Below, in pieces: positions 1 through 16,767 of a stretch of 64,000 bases of DNA. The notes under the pieces are model-generated. The model did no database searches and was not told the DNA's origin. It saw nothing but the letters and a program-made list of their open reading frames with translations. Made by a program: the position numbers and the translations under genes. The stretch lies in contig CM000153.2 of the NCBI GenBank assembly GCA_000004695.1, positions 928,001 through 992,000 on the forward strand. Reading direction: 5' to 3'. This DNA is from Dictyostelium discoideum. Lineage: Eukaryota. Within the stretch, counting starts at the first letter, position 1. Each line of letters begins with the position of its first letter.

Positions 1-24
1 ATATATATATATTTATATATTTAC

Positions 25-611
25 TCTTCACCTGGTGATGATAATTGATGGAATAAATAATAAGAGATACAAGTTGTCCAAAAAAAAGTTGATAAGAAAA
101 AGAATTGAATTATGGCACGTAAGATTATACAAGGTGAGAAATGAATTTTTAAATCTGGTGAATAGGGTGTACTATATGATTTTGAATTATTGATTAAATA
201 AGATTGAGAAATGATAATGAAAAATGATGTAAAGAAATCTGCAATTGATAACATGAATATGAGTAAAGGTAATTTCGATGTTGGCTGTTTATAAGTACCA
301 TGTGGTCCACCAATGGCACCAATACCAGTACCATTGCCAGAACCACCACCACCACCTATACCACCATAGTGGGAACTACCATTGCCAATTGTAATTGATG
401 ATGATAATAATCCACCTTTTTCAATCTGTTGCTGTTGTTGTTGAATTTGTTGTTTTTGAATCCTATGTCTTCTAACTTTTTTCCAAATATATGATATTAT
501 AGTTAATGCACTACCCATTAACGATAATGATGATGTTACAATATTTAAAATGTCAACTGACAAAAATTCACGATCTGATGGATTGCAAATTTGACTTTCT
601 TCAATCCCCAT
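25..611 (-). CDS. 5' exon (partial gene, continues beyond window start) of a 7TM receptor of the cAMP-receptor/CRL family. It encodes TM1-TM3 with a Gln/Gly-rich first loop.
   Basis: ORF 21..611 has three hydrophobic helices. TM3 motif FFWTTCISYYLF resembles cAR1 TM3 (WLWTLCLAISIYMLI). 196 aa is too short for a 7TM protein. A GTAAAT or GTGAAG donor lies at the 3' end of the ORF (about nt 25-32), so the gene must continue off-window. Confidence 0.5.
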
Positions 612-771
612 TTTTTTTTTTTTTTATTATTTTTTTTTTATTTTATTATTTTTATCTCTCCTTCCCTATTTCTCTATGTAATTTTATATTTTTTTTAATG
701 AGTTATGTTTTTTGAAAAAAGTAAAAAATAAAAAATAAAAAATAAAAAGAGAAGATTGGTGGAGGTTGGTT

Positions 772-807
<36 letters not shown>

Positions 808-969
808 CAGATTTTTTAAAGTGTAATGGATTTTATTTTATTTTATTTATCTTATTTTATTTTATTTATTTTATTTTTGTAGTTTATGTATGTAGGTATA
901 TAATGCGTTGGATTTTTAATTCAACTTTTTCTGATTCTATTTTTTTTTTTTTTTTTTTTTTTAAAATTT

Positions 970-1009
<40 letters not shown>

Positions 1010-1555
1010 ATTCCCAGTGTAATTGAAAATATCTTTTTAAAGTGTAATGGAAAAAAAAATGAAAAAAATAAAATAAAATAAAAAAATAAAATAAAATAAA
1101 AAAAATAAAATTTTTTTTTTTTTTTTTTTCGAAACTGATCAAATCAGTGGGTTTTGAATTGTAAATTTATCTCCTATGAGGCTATTGGAGAGAATGGGGG
1201 GTGGTAGAGTGAGTGAACTTTCTTTAATTACCCATTATGGGAAATAAAAAAAAATAAAATAAAATTTATTAATAATAAATTAAAACAGTACAAAATATAA
1301 TTTTATTTATTTTTTTTAAAAAAAGTATTTTTATTTTTATTTTTTTTTTAATTTCAACAACTTTTTTTTTTTGAGTTATCCAATTTGACACAATTTTTTT
1401 TTATATCATTATTTTTTTTATTTTTTTTTTATTTTTTTTTTTTTATTTTTAATTATTCTTTTTAATATTTTTCATTTGTTAAAATCATAGTAAAAAAAAA
1501 AAAAAAAAAAAAAAAAATTTAAAAATAGTCAACTGGTGGAACAGAAAAATAAATA

Positions 1556-6081
<4,526 letters not shown>

Positions 6082-6311
6082 ATAAATTAATAATAATAAT
6101 AATAATTTATAAATTTTTTTTTTTTTTTTAAAAATAAAATTTAAGAAAATAAAGAAATAAAAAAATAAATAAAAAATAAATAAAAAAAAAAATATATATA
6201 TATTGTCAAAACCATTAAAAAAACAATTACAAAAAAATGAATAATAAATAATTAAATTCTAAAAAAAAAAAAATCATTTTTGGGTTTTTATTTTATTAAA
6301 ATAAGTCGAAA

Positions 6312-6369
<58 letters not shown>

Positions 6370-6847
6370 AAAAAAAAAAAAAATTGGATTCATATGTTTT
6401 TAGTTTTCAAATAATATTTATTTTTTATTTTTTTTTTTGTTTTTTTAAAAAAAAAAAGATTTTTTTATTTTTTTTTTTTTAATTATTTTTTTTTTTTATT
6501 TTTTTTTTGGGTTCAATATTTTATTTTAAAAAAAAAGTTTTAATTTTTTTTAATTTTTTTTAATTTTTTTTAATTTTTTTTTTTAGTTAGTTTGAAATAC
6601 CAGTTTCGATTGAACTTTTCCTTTTTTTTTTTTTTTTTTTCCCTTACTTTTTTTTTTTTTTTTATAAATTTCATACACTAAAAAAAAATAAAAAAAAAAA
6701 ATCCAGATTAAATGTGTTTAATTAATCAAAAAACAAAAAAAAAATAAAAAAACAAAAAAAATAAAAAAACAAAAAAAAAAAACAAAAAAAATAAAAAAAA
6801 AAAAAATAAAATAAAAAAATCAGAAAGTTCAAAATTTTTATAGATAA

Positions 6848-9361
6848 ATGTCTGAAATTCAATTTTTAAGATCATTATTTTTAAAATTAATTTTAATAAT
6901 AATAATAATAATAACAATAATAATAATTGATAACAATAATAATAAAATAAAATTTGTAAATAGTGCAATTATAAAATGGAATAATGAAACACTTGATATG
7001 GATTTTTTAGATCCATTAGGATGGGAGAATAATATTGTACCAAGTAATGAAGATGATGCAATAATTGATATTAATAATATATTGGTTGTTGGTTTAGAGA
7101 ATGAAATTCATATAAATTCATTACTACTTGAATCAAATTCAAGGATGGCATCAATTCAACTATTTACAACCAAAGATAATATAACCATTGGTATGAACTC
7201 ATTATTGTTATCAAAATATACAAAAGCAAGATTAATTTCAAATTATGGTAAATTCAATGGTCATTATCCAATTTCATCAATACAAGATACAATTGTCAAT
7301 AGTTTTGGTAATGCACAAGTTAATTTCATAAATTCCACTGAAATGATCGCAATAATTGAATCACCTTCAAACTTTTATCAAACTTCTCAAATTAACATTG
7401 AAAATTCAAATGCTTACTTTTATAATACATCAAGTATTAATTTATTCGATCAATCTAAAATCAATTATTTTTCATCATCAATTAGACATATCTCTTTTTC
7501 ACATATAAATTTATATAATAATTCACAATTTTCAATAAATAATTCAACTTTATTAATTTCAAATGGTAATCAATTTAATTTTAATGATAATTCAATTTTT
7601 ATTTCAATAAATAGTGATATTATAATTCAAAGTAATAATAGTATTTTTAAAACTTTTTCTACAACTTCAACTTCAAATTCTTCAAATTCAACAACTATTA
7701 AATTTAATAAAACAAATTTTTATTCAACAGATGGTGGTGAAATTTTAATTTTAAATAGAAATTTATTATTTTTAAATTCATTTTTAATTTCAAATGGTAA
7801 TAATTCAAAAACTACAATTAATGATGGAGAATTTAATATTATTAATCAATCAATAATTTATTCAAATGATGGTGGTGAAATTAATTTTAGTAATAATTTA
7901 AATTCAATTAAAGATACAATAATGATAACTCAAGATGGTGGTAAAATCAATTTATATAAAACTATAGTTACAAAAAATGTTTCAATTGAAATAACCGAAT
8001 TTCAAAGTAATTTAAATTTAAAACCATTCTCAACAATGAATTTAAATGGTGGTTCAAAAATTAAAATTTCAAATGGTGCAAATTTTTTAATCTCTGAAAA
8101 TAGTTTTTTAAATTTAACAAATAGTGAAATCTTAATCGATATAAATGGTAGCCTATTTCAAAATGGTCCAATTTTTTTAAATTCAAATAATAAATTTGAA
8201 AATAGATTTAAATTTTATTTATCTTCAAATATTTTAACAACAAATTTACCAACTTCTTCAACTTCAACACCATCAATAATACCAACAACTACAACTACAA
8301 CATCAACATCAACAACAACATCAACATCAACAACAGAATTAAAATCAATAAAATCAATAAATAATAATTTAATTAATAATAATGGTTCAATTATTATTAA
8401 ATCAAATAAAATAATTTTAATTAATATACCAATTATTAATAATGGTACAATTATTGTTAAATCAAATTGTTTCTTTTCAAATTATCATCAAAATAGTAAT
8501 AATTCAGAATTAATAATTAAAAATGATTCAATTATTGATAGTAATGAAAATATTCATTTAAAAGCTGGTAAAATCTATGGTACTGGTAGAATTAATACTT
8601 CGGTAATTCATGATTATGGTGAATTGGGTTCAAGAAATGTAACTGGTCTTTTAAATATAACTGGTGATTATACATTATCTGCCAATGGCTTGGTAGTGGT
8701 TGTTATAAATTCGTTGACTGATTTCACTCAAATTCGAATCAATGAAACTGCAATTCTAAAAGGTGATATTGAAATTATCGTTTCAAATAAAATTTCAACT
8801 ACAAAGTTAATTCAATTAGATGTTGTCAATTATCATGATTTGGATAGATATAGTATCACTTTTAGAAAGGTTAGATTTAAAACTTTTGATCCTGATACTG
8901 GTTTAGAAATGAATGGTCATGATTGTGCTAGATCAATCTCTACCGATAGATCTTTCTCTGTGGTACTCATTGATTGTCAATCTCCAATTTCAACTGGTGT
9001 TATCATTGGTATCGTTTGTGGTATTGTCTTGATTGTAATTGTTGTTGCTTCTTCTTATCATTTTAAAAAATCTTTATCAAATCGTATAAATAATTCTTCA
9101 ATTCTTATAAAATTAAAAAAATCAAAAACTAAAAATAATAATCAAGAAAATGATCAAGAAAAAGAAAATGAAAATGAATATCAAAATGAAAATCAAAATG
9201 AAAATGAAAATGAAAATCAAAATGAACTTGAAAATGAAAATGAAAATGGAAATGAAATTGAATTTGAAAATGAAATTGAAAATGTTAATGAAATTGAAAA
9301 TGTTAATCAAATTGAAATAACACAAAATAATAATGATAATGAATTTAATGTAAATAACTAA
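6848..9361 (+). CDS. Type I membrane glycoprotein, 837 aa. It has a signal peptide, an Asn/Ser-rich ectodomain with repeated DGGEI/NGG-containing units (beta-helix / Pmp-like repeats), one C-terminal TM, and a cytoplasmic tail of (ENENEN) repeats.
   Basis: Complete ORF. Hydrophobic N-terminus [18 protein letters not shown]. Repeats STDGGEILIL, SNDGGEINF, TQDGGKINLY, NLNGGSKIKI. TM is VIIGIVCGIVLIVIVVASS followed by KK. Confidence 0.7.
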   Translation: MSEIQFLRSLFLKLILIIIIIITIIIIDNNNNKIKFVNSAIIKWNNETLDMDFLDPLGWENNIVPSNEDDAIIDINNILVVGLENEIHINSLLLESNSRMASIQLFTTKDNITIGMNSLLLSKYTKARLISNYGKFNGHYPISSIQDTIVNSFGNAQVNFINSTEMIAIIESPSNFYQTSQINIENSNAYFYNTSSINLFDQSKINYFSSSIRHISFSHINLYNNSQFSINNSTLLISNGNQFNFNDNSIFISINSDIIIQSNNSIFKTFSTTSTSNSSNSTTIKFNKTNFYSTDGGEILILNRNLLFLNSFLISNGNNSKTTINDGEFNIINQSIIYSNDGGEINFSNNLNSIKDTIMITQDGGKINLYKTIVTKNVSIEITEFQSNLNLKPFSTMNLNGGSKIKISNGANFLISENSFLNLTNSEILIDINGSLFQNGPIFLNSNNKFENRFKFYLSSNILTTNLPTSSTSTPSIIPTTTTTTSTSTTTSTSTTELKSIKSINNNLINNNGSIIIKSNKIILINIPIINNGTIIVKSNCFFSNYHQNSNNSELIIKNDSIIDSNENIHLKAGKIYGTGRINTSVIHDYGELGSRNVTGLLNITGDYTLSANGLVVVVINSLTDFTQIRINETAILKGDIEIIVSNKISTTKLIQLDVVNYHDLDRYSITFRKVRFKTFDPDTGLEMNGHDCARSISTDRSFSVVLIDCQSPISTGVIIGIVCGIVLIVIVVASSYHFKKSLSNRINNSSILIKLKKSKTKNNNQENDQEKENENEYQNENQNENENENQNELENENENGNEIEFENEIENVNEIENVNQIEITQNNNDNEFNVNN

Positions 9362-9645
9362 AGAAAACTATTAGAATTAAATTGATATTTTTTAATTCAC
9401 TTTATGCATGCTACTTGTGTTTAGTATTGCATTATATATTAAATATATAAATATATATATAAACCGATTTTTAATTAAAAGGGATTGAAGATTTAAAAAA
9501 AGAGTTTTTTTGTTAAAAGTCTTTCAAATTAAATAAAAAATCCATAATAAAGCAATAATTTATTTAAATAAAACTAATACTACACATCATCCTTTTTTAA
9601 AAACTTTTTATATTATTCTTTTTTAAAAAAAAACAAGAAAACAAC

Positions 9646-9678
<33 letters not shown>

Positions 9679-9902
9679 TAAAGATAAAGATAATTGGAAA
9701 GTTTAAAATAAAAGATACACAATCATTCAAGTTTGCACTTTTCAAAATTTGAATTTATTTAGTTAATTTTATTTTAGTTATTAGTTATTATATTTTTTCA
9801 GTAAAAGCTTCATTAGATAATTATTTTTACTTTTTTCAAAAATAATTAAAGTAGAAATTTAAAAAATAAAATTAATAATTAAACAAAAAATAATATTTTT
9901 AT

Positions 9903-10258
9903 TATTGGAAGACCCGGAAGGGCAGGAAAAAAAGTAAGGTCAAAATTCAACATCTCGCCAATTTAAGGCTCATTTAGTATTGTATTAAAAAAACAAAACT
10001 AACTTTTATACTATCCATTCTTATTTTATATTTAATTTATAGGGTTTAGCAATTTCCTTCTTCAATGAAAAGAATAAACCAGTAGGTGTTTAACTTTTGA
10101 AATTAATGAAAGCATCAAATCAAGATATTCCAGATTGGTTTGAAAAGATGGTACATAACCTTCGTATGTCTAATGGTCCATCAAATTCAAAATCAAAAAG
10201 TCTATTCAACAATAGTCATCACAATGGAGATGATAACCGTGGTGGTTATGGTGGATTT
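9903..10258 (+). pseudogene. Plus-oriented partial copy of the ddx3 3' end: end of the penultimate exon (IIGRPGRAGKK|gtaagg), a diverged intron, and about 200 nt of the terminal exon with an in-frame TAA.
   Basis: Nucleotide identity to 11305..11805 read on the opposite strand. GGTTTAGCAATTTCCTTCTTCAATGAAAAGAATAAACCAGT is shared. The copy has GGTGTTTAAC where the gene has GGTGCTGAAC. The ORF-track hit 10097..10285 starts [25 protein letters not shown], identical to the gene. Confidence 0.8.
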
Positions 10259-10261
10259 TTA

Positions 10262-10335
10262 TTTGAGGGCCAACAAGGTCCCTAAAATGATGGATTTTAA
10301 TCTAAAAAGCACTTAATTTTTTTCTTAGTCTTCCT
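10262..10335 (-). pseudogene. Minus-oriented fragment copying the ddx3 exon-end/intron-start (cacttaa tttttttcttagtcttcc), abutting the plus-oriented copy. This is an inverted junction.
   Basis: Compare 10286..10330 with 11741..11790 (ccctaaaatgatgRgattttaatctaaaaagcactta). Confidence 0.65.
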
Positions 10336-11092
10336 TTCCTAATATTTTTTTTTTTTTTATAAAGATAAAAAATAAAAAGGGTGAGATTTACAAAAAAAAA
10401 AAAATACCAGATTTTGTCATCTTTTTTTTCTTTTTTTTTTTTTTTTTTTTTTTTTCAAAATTTTGTCACATTTTTTTTCATAATTATAATTTCACACTTT
10501 TTTTCAATCTCTTTTTTTATATCTTTTTTTTTGTATTAAATACATCAATATTACCGCCACACCAATGAAAACTCCAACATTCTCTTCATCTTTTAATTTA
10601 TCCTTATAACAATTTTTTTTTATTTATTTTTCTTAGTGTTTTATCTTTTTTTATTTTTTATTATTTTTTATAATATTTAAATCAAATAAATTATTTAATC
10701 TTTTTTTGAATTAATTTAAAAAAAAAAAAACAACCCACATCCAAAATTTGAAATTAAAAAAAAATAAACCAATTCAACCAAATCAATTTTTTTTTTTCAA
10801 TATCCTTTTTAATTGAAATTTATTATTCATAATTAATTATGAAAAAAAAAGGACTTGAAATTTTTTACATTGATCTTGATTTTTCAACCGAAATTTTTGG
10901 ACTTCTGCTTTCTTTGTATTTTAAAAATTCTTATACTTTTTCACTAATCCTTTCTCCAATTTTTTGATATCTATGGAAGGTATTATTTGATTTTTCATTA
11001 AAATTTGGTAAGAAAATGATTGATACTGATTGAAAACGTAATTGTAAGTAGATTAAATGTGAATGTTGATCTTTGAGCTTCCTAATTTTTGT

Positions 11093-11125
<33 letters not shown>

Positions 11126-11127
<2 letters not shown>

Positions 11128-11200
11128 GGAAGAGCAGGAAAAAAATTAAGTGCTTTTTAGATAAAATTCCATCATTTTAGGGCCTAGTTAGCCCTCTAAT
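11126..11200 (+). pseudogene. Third, plus-oriented fragment of the ddx3 exon-end plus the 5' half of the intron, 100 bp beyond the real stop codon.
   Basis: gtggaagagcaggaaaaaaattaagtgctttttagataaaattccatcattttagggcctagttagccctct versus revcomp of 11718..11790. Confidence 0.65.
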
Positions 11201-11304
11201 AAAAATCAAATACAAAAGATACATATGAGAAAATGATTTTAATTCAATATTGAATTAAAATGGATTTATTATTTTTTATTAAACGAATGACATGAGGTGA
11301 ATGT

Positions 11305-13576
11305 TTAATTATATGAACCACCATTGTTGCTAAAGTATGGGTGATGCATTGAGTAATCTGATTTATCTTCTCTTCTATCATTACGGTTGTTACTGTAACC
11401 TCCATTACCACCACCACCACCACCATAACCACCACGGTTATCATCTCTATTGTGATGACTATTGTAAGATTTGTTGAATGGACTATTTGATTTTGAGTTT
11501 GATGGACCTTTAGACATACGGAGATTGTGTACCATCTTTTCAAACCAATCTGGAATATCTTGATTTGAAGCTTTCATTAATTTCAAAAGTTCAGCACCAA
11601 CTGGTTTATTCTTTTCATTGAAGAAGGAAATTGCTAAACCCTATAGTTGTAAACATAAAATAAGTAAGGAAATATACAAATTAAGAAAGGAAAATAAAAA
11701 GGTTAGTAAAGGTTTTTAAAAGAGGGCTAAATAGGCCCTAAAATGATGAGATTTTAATCTAAAAAGCACTTACTTTTTTTCCTGCTCTTCCGGTTCTACC
11801 AATACGATGAACGTAGATATGTATGTCGGTAGGCAAGTCGAAATTGATAACCAAATTAACATTACCGATGTGGAGACCTCTTGATGCAATATCAGTTGCT
11901 ACTAAGAATGGAGTTGCAAAAGAACGGAAAGATTGAAGTGCATTTTCTCTTTCTGGTTGAGTTAAATCACCATGAATACAGGTAGTTGGGAAATTTCTTT
12001 GATTTAAAAAGTAGGTAAGAGTATCACAAGAACGTTTAGTTTCAACGAAAATGAGACAAAGACCATCAGATTTCAAACCACTAAGATAATCTAACAAGTA
12101 ACTGTTTTTATCCTCTTCAACTACGTATTCAATTCTTTGTGTGATATTTTGAGTGGTACCAACAACACCAACTTTTAAGAAGATGTAATTGTAAAGGAAA
12201 TCAGCTGCAAGATTTTGAATTTGTTTTGGGAATGTAGCAGAAAACATAAGAGTTTGACGATCTCTACAACCTGGCATATCAAATTCAGAGATGATTTGAC
12301 GAATTTGTGGTTCAAAACCCATATCTAACATACGATCAGCTTCATCCAAAACCAAGTATTTAATTTTTGAAAGTGAAACACGACCACGCATTAAGAGATC
12401 AACGAGACGACCAGTTGTTGCTACCAAGATATCACAACCTCTATCTAATTCATTGATTTGATGGAAAACTTCTGCACCACCATAGATTACGACCGATGAT
12501 ACTGGTGAACCATAAGAGAATTTGTTTGCCTCATCAAAGATTTGTTGAGCCAATTCACGAGTTGGTGCGAGTACTAATGCACGTGGACAAGCAGCTCTTG
12601 GAACACCTGGTTTATAGGCTGGTGGAGCTTCTGGTGCTCCATCTAATAAAATACCGGAAATGATTGGGAATAAGAAAGCAGCGGTTTTACCTGAACCAGT
12701 TTGAGCACAAGCCATTAAATCACGATTTTTCAAAATGATTGGAAGTGCAGATTTTTGAACTGGAGTTGGTTTGGTGTATTTGGCATGTTTAATATTACCC
12801 AATAAAACATCACCCAAATCAACATCGGCAAATGAATTCAATGGAGCACAAATATGTTCACTGGTTTCAATGGAGATATCATCATCGTCGTAAGCATTGA
12901 AATCGATACCAATGTTGTCATCATTCTTTTTGAAGATTTCTTCGGCTTTGTGTTCTTCGAGATCAATGAATTCTCTTTTCATTTCTGGATGATTTCTTGA
13001 ATCTCTAAAGTTTGACCATCTATCGTAGTAACGATCATTTTTATTGGCTGGTTTACCAAAACTACTGCCACTTCCGCCTCTATTACCATAACCACCTTGA
13101 TTACCACCACGAGAGAATGAATTATTTGGTGAATAAGAGTAACTATTACCTCTTGGTGGGCCTTGTTCTCTTGGACCATTATCCCAACCACCGCTACCAC
13201 TACTACTACCACCACCATTACTATTATTGTTTCTTGAGAATGATGGACTTTTGTAGTTATCTCTACTGTTGTTGTTGTTATTAGAGTTATTTTCCCTAAA
13301 ATTGTTACCACCTCTGTAACCATCGTCACGACGGTCACGATTGAATGGTGAATCACGATTATCACGGTCAGATGGTGATGGATAATCGTCTCTTGATGAA
13401 CCTGAACTATTATTCATCTTGTTTCTACGAGATGGTGGGACATATGGTTCACTAGTTTGTGTTGTTGTTGTTGTTGTGTTGTTGTTTGATGAAGTTGACG
13501 AACTCTTATCAGAGATGGTTAACCCTGAGATATTCAGGGTAGTTCCATCGTTATCTTTGTTATTTCCAATTGGCAT
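11305..13576 (-). CDS. ddx3: DEAD-box ATP-dependent RNA helicase DDX3/Ded1 orthologue; join complement(11305..11640,11774..13576); intron 11641..11773 (GTAAGT...TATAG).
   Basis: Motifs [18 protein letters not shown] ([12 protein letters not shown]), [12 protein letters not shown]-terminal YVPPSRR matches human YIPPHLR. The terminal exon [36 protein letters not shown] matches human [30 protein letters not shown]. The tail is Gly/Asn-rich. Confidence 0.9.
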
Positions 13577-14314
13577 AAAATGACTAATTCTTTAAAAAAA
13601 TTTATCTATATTTATTTTTAATAAATTAAAAAAAAATGAAAATTAAATAATAAAAAGGTAAAAAAAAAAAAAAGTTAATTTATATTTTTAATAAAAAAAT
13701 AAGAAAAAAAAAATTAAAAAACAATTAAAATAATTTTATTAAAAAAAAAAAAAAAAAAAAAAACGGTTTTATTTTATTTAAATTTATTTAATTATTATTT
13801 TTTTTTATTTTTTTTAATAAATTCGTTTATTTTGTGATTATTACTGTTTTACAAAAAAAAAAAAAAAAAAATAATTTGAGAAAGAAGTTCCAACAACAAT
13901 AAAAAAAATAAAATAAAAAAAGATTTACAATTTTATAGATATAATTTAAAAATAATTTTTAAATATAATAAAATATAAAAAAAAAAAAACAATATAAAAT
14001 AAAAAAAAAAAAAGTATTGTATAAATAATTTTTTTTTGAAATAAAAAAAAAAAAATAAAAAAAAATAATAAAAAAAAAATAAATAAATAAATAAAAAATT
14101 TATAATGTTTAATAAAAATAATTAAAAAATTTAAAATAGTTTTTTTTTAACACACACACACACACACATACATTCACCACACAATACTCTTAATATGGTT
14201 TTAATTTTGAGAATTTAAAATAGTTTTTTTTTTTTTTTATAAAAAAATTGCCATTTTAAGTTTGCGATAATTTTATATTTCAACAATTTTTATTTTAAAA
14301 TAAAAATAAAAATA

Positions 14315-14347
<33 letters not shown>

Positions 14348-14536
14348 TGGGAATGAAGTGTAAATTAAGTGAAATAAAAGTAAAAATAAAATATAAAAAT
14401 AAAAAAAAACTAAACGATAAAAACTAAAAATAAAAAAAAATAATAAACGATAAAAAAAACAAATATAAATATATATTTACCCGCGTGGATGAAAATTGAA
14501 AAAAAAAATAAAAAATTAAAAAAAAATTAAAAAAAA

Positions 14537-14575
<39 letters not shown>

Positions 14576-14779
14576 AAAAAAAAGTCGAAAGAAAAAAAAA
14601 AAAAAATTAAAAATAAATTTGAAATTCGTATTTTCTATAAAAAGGAAGTTGGTATAATCTTAAAAAAAAGGTTTTTTTAATTTTTTTTTTAAATTATTTA
14701 AAAAAAATTTATATTTTTTTATATTTTTCTAATTTTTTTTTTTTTTTACCTTTTTATTGTTTAATTTAAATTATAAAAA

Positions 14780-14954
14780 AAAAAAAATTAAAAAAAAAAA
14801 AAGATACTATAAACGATTATATATCTTTCTATTCCATGTCCATTTTTTGTAAATTTTTTTTTTATAAATCTATTATTATTATTAGAAAAAAAAAAAAAAA
14901 AAAAAAAAAAAAGATACTATAAACGATTATATATCTTTCTATTCCATGTCCATT
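14780..14954. repeat. Two direct copies of about 65 bp (A-run + AGATACTATAAACGATTATATATCTTTCTATTCCATGTCCATT) 110 bp apart, about 250 bp upstream of the cyclophilin-40 start.
   Basis: Identical strings at 14802..14844 and 14912..14954. Confidence 0.8.
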
Positions 14955-14985
14955 AATTTTCAAAATCATTATAGGTTATAGTTTA

Positions 14986-15028
<43 letters not shown>

Positions 15029-15185
15029 TAATTTTTTTTTTTTTTGATTTTTTTGATTTTCAATTTATTATTTTTTTTTTTTTTTTTTTATAATTTTCAT
15101 TTCATTATTTTTAATTTAAAATTTTTAAATCGTGTGTGTATTTATTTTTTTAATAAATATTTTTGAGAAAAAAAAAAAAAAAAAA

Positions 15186-15586
15186 ATGACAAGTGAAAAT
15201 AAAAGAGTTTATTTTGATATTGAAATTGGTGGTAATAAAGTTGGTAGAATTGTTATGGAATTATTCTTTGATAAAACACCAAAGACAGCAGAAAATTTCA
15301 GAGCATTATGTACTGGTGAAAAAGGTATTGGAAAGAATGGTAAACCATTATCTTATAAAGGTTCAGGTTTTCATCGTGTTATTAAACAATTTATGATTCA
15401 AGGTGGTGATTTTACAGCTGGTAATGGTACTGGTGGTGAATCAATTTATGGTGAAAAATTTGATGATGAAAATTTCATTGCAAAACATACTAAAGCTGGT
15501 CTTTTAAGTATGGCAAATTCAGGTCCAGGTACAAATGGTAGTCAATTCTTTATTACTACAATTAGTACACCACATTTAGATAAGTA

Positions 15587-15633
<47 letters not shown>

Positions 15634-16382
15634 ATTTTAAAACAATTATTATTATTATTATTATTATTTTAACAATTTTTTTATTATTTATTTTTATTAT
15701 TTATTTTGTTTTTAGTAAACATGTTGTATTTGGTAAAGTTATTAAAGGAATGAGTGTTGTTAGAGAAATTGAAAGTCAACCAACAGGAGCAAATGATAAA
15801 CCAATTAAAGATTGTATTATTATGGATTGTGGTGAATTAAAAGAAGGTGAAGATGACGGTGTACCAGAGAAAACTGGTGATGACAAATGGGAAGATTATC
15901 CACAAGATGATAATGTTGAAGGTAATGAAGCAAACTTAAAAGTTGGTGAAGCCATTAAAAACATTGGTAATGATTATTTTAAACAAGGTAAATCATTAGA
16001 AGCCATAGCCAAATACAATAAAGCATTAAGATATTTAGATTGTTGTAGTAATATCGATGGTTTAAAGAATGTTCAAACCATTTGTTATAATAATATGTCA
16101 CAATGTTATTTAAAGGAAAAAAAAGGTTCCAATGCTTTGGTAGCTGCAAAAAAAGCATTAGAATTATCACCAAATGATATTAAAGCACTCTTTAGAAAAG
16201 CTAAAGCTTTATCTTTAATGGAGGAATATGATGAAGCTATCAAAGATTTCCAAAAAATCATTGAAACCGATTCCGAGAATAAAGATGCAAAACTTGAATT
16301 AGAAAGAATTAAAAAATTACAAAAAGCAAAAGATCTTAAAAGTGCCAAAGCTTATTCAAAACTTTTTTCTGATGATGATTAG
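15186..16382 (+). CDS. Cyclophilin-40-type peptidyl-prolyl isomerase (cyclophilin domain + 3 TPR); join(15186..15583,15716..16382).
   Basis: Exon 1 has [15 protein letters not shown] and [18 protein letters not shown]. The donor is GAT AA|GTAAGT. The acceptor TTTTAG|T restores [21 protein letters not shown]. The C-terminal half has TPR repeats ending ...[12 protein letters not shown], which is CyP40/PPID architecture. Confidence 0.9.
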
Positions 16383-16597
16383 AAAATTTTCTAAAAAAAA
16401 CACAATAAAAAAACAAATAAAAAAAAAAAAAATAAATAAAATTTTTTTTAATAAACAAGTAAAGATAGATTCATTTCATTTTATCTTATTTTTTAATTTT
16501 TCAGAGGAAATAATACGATTTAAAAATTTCAATACCTTCAGGTATTGAACCGATATTGAAATTTGGATTTGATTGTATTAATTTGAAACAATATTCC

Positions 16598-16767
16598 TAT
16601 GCTTTGGTAGCTGCAAAAAAAGCATTAGAATTATCACCAAATAATATTAAGGCACTCTTTAGAAAAGCTAAAGCTTTATCTTTAATGGAAGAATATGATG
16701 AAGCTATCAAAGATTTCCAAAAAATCATTGATTCCGATTCCGAGAATAAAGATGCAAAACTTATATA
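16598..16767 (+). pseudogene. Tandem partial duplicate of the last TPR-coding segment of the cyclophilin-40 gene, about 95% identical to 16131..16300.
   Basis: [14 protein letters not shown][D/N][28 protein letters not shown] encoded twice. ORF 16556..16861 begins in unrelated sequence and runs into A-rich read-through. Confidence 0.75.

Noticed and set aside
506-974. ORFs 506..715 and 756..974 (+) rich in F/K/I
   Set aside because: They translate T/A homopolymer runs (FFFFFF), have no codon structure, and lie in the promoter desert upstream of the GPCR exon.
1141-1250. Relatively GC-rich island (GGGGGGTGGTAGAGTGAGTGAAC...ACCCATTATGGG) upstream of the SAP gene as a possible DUSE ncRNA
   Set aside because: ACCCATTAT does not fit [A/T]CCCA[C/T]AA (TT instead of AA). 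There is no terminator or stem structure nearby. More likely a promoter element.
10097-10285. ORF 10097..10285 as an independent small gene (starts [14 protein letters not shown])
   Set aside because: It is a fragment copy of the ddx3 terminal exon, and the upstream in-frame codon is TAA. Treated as a pseudogene fragment rather than a gene.
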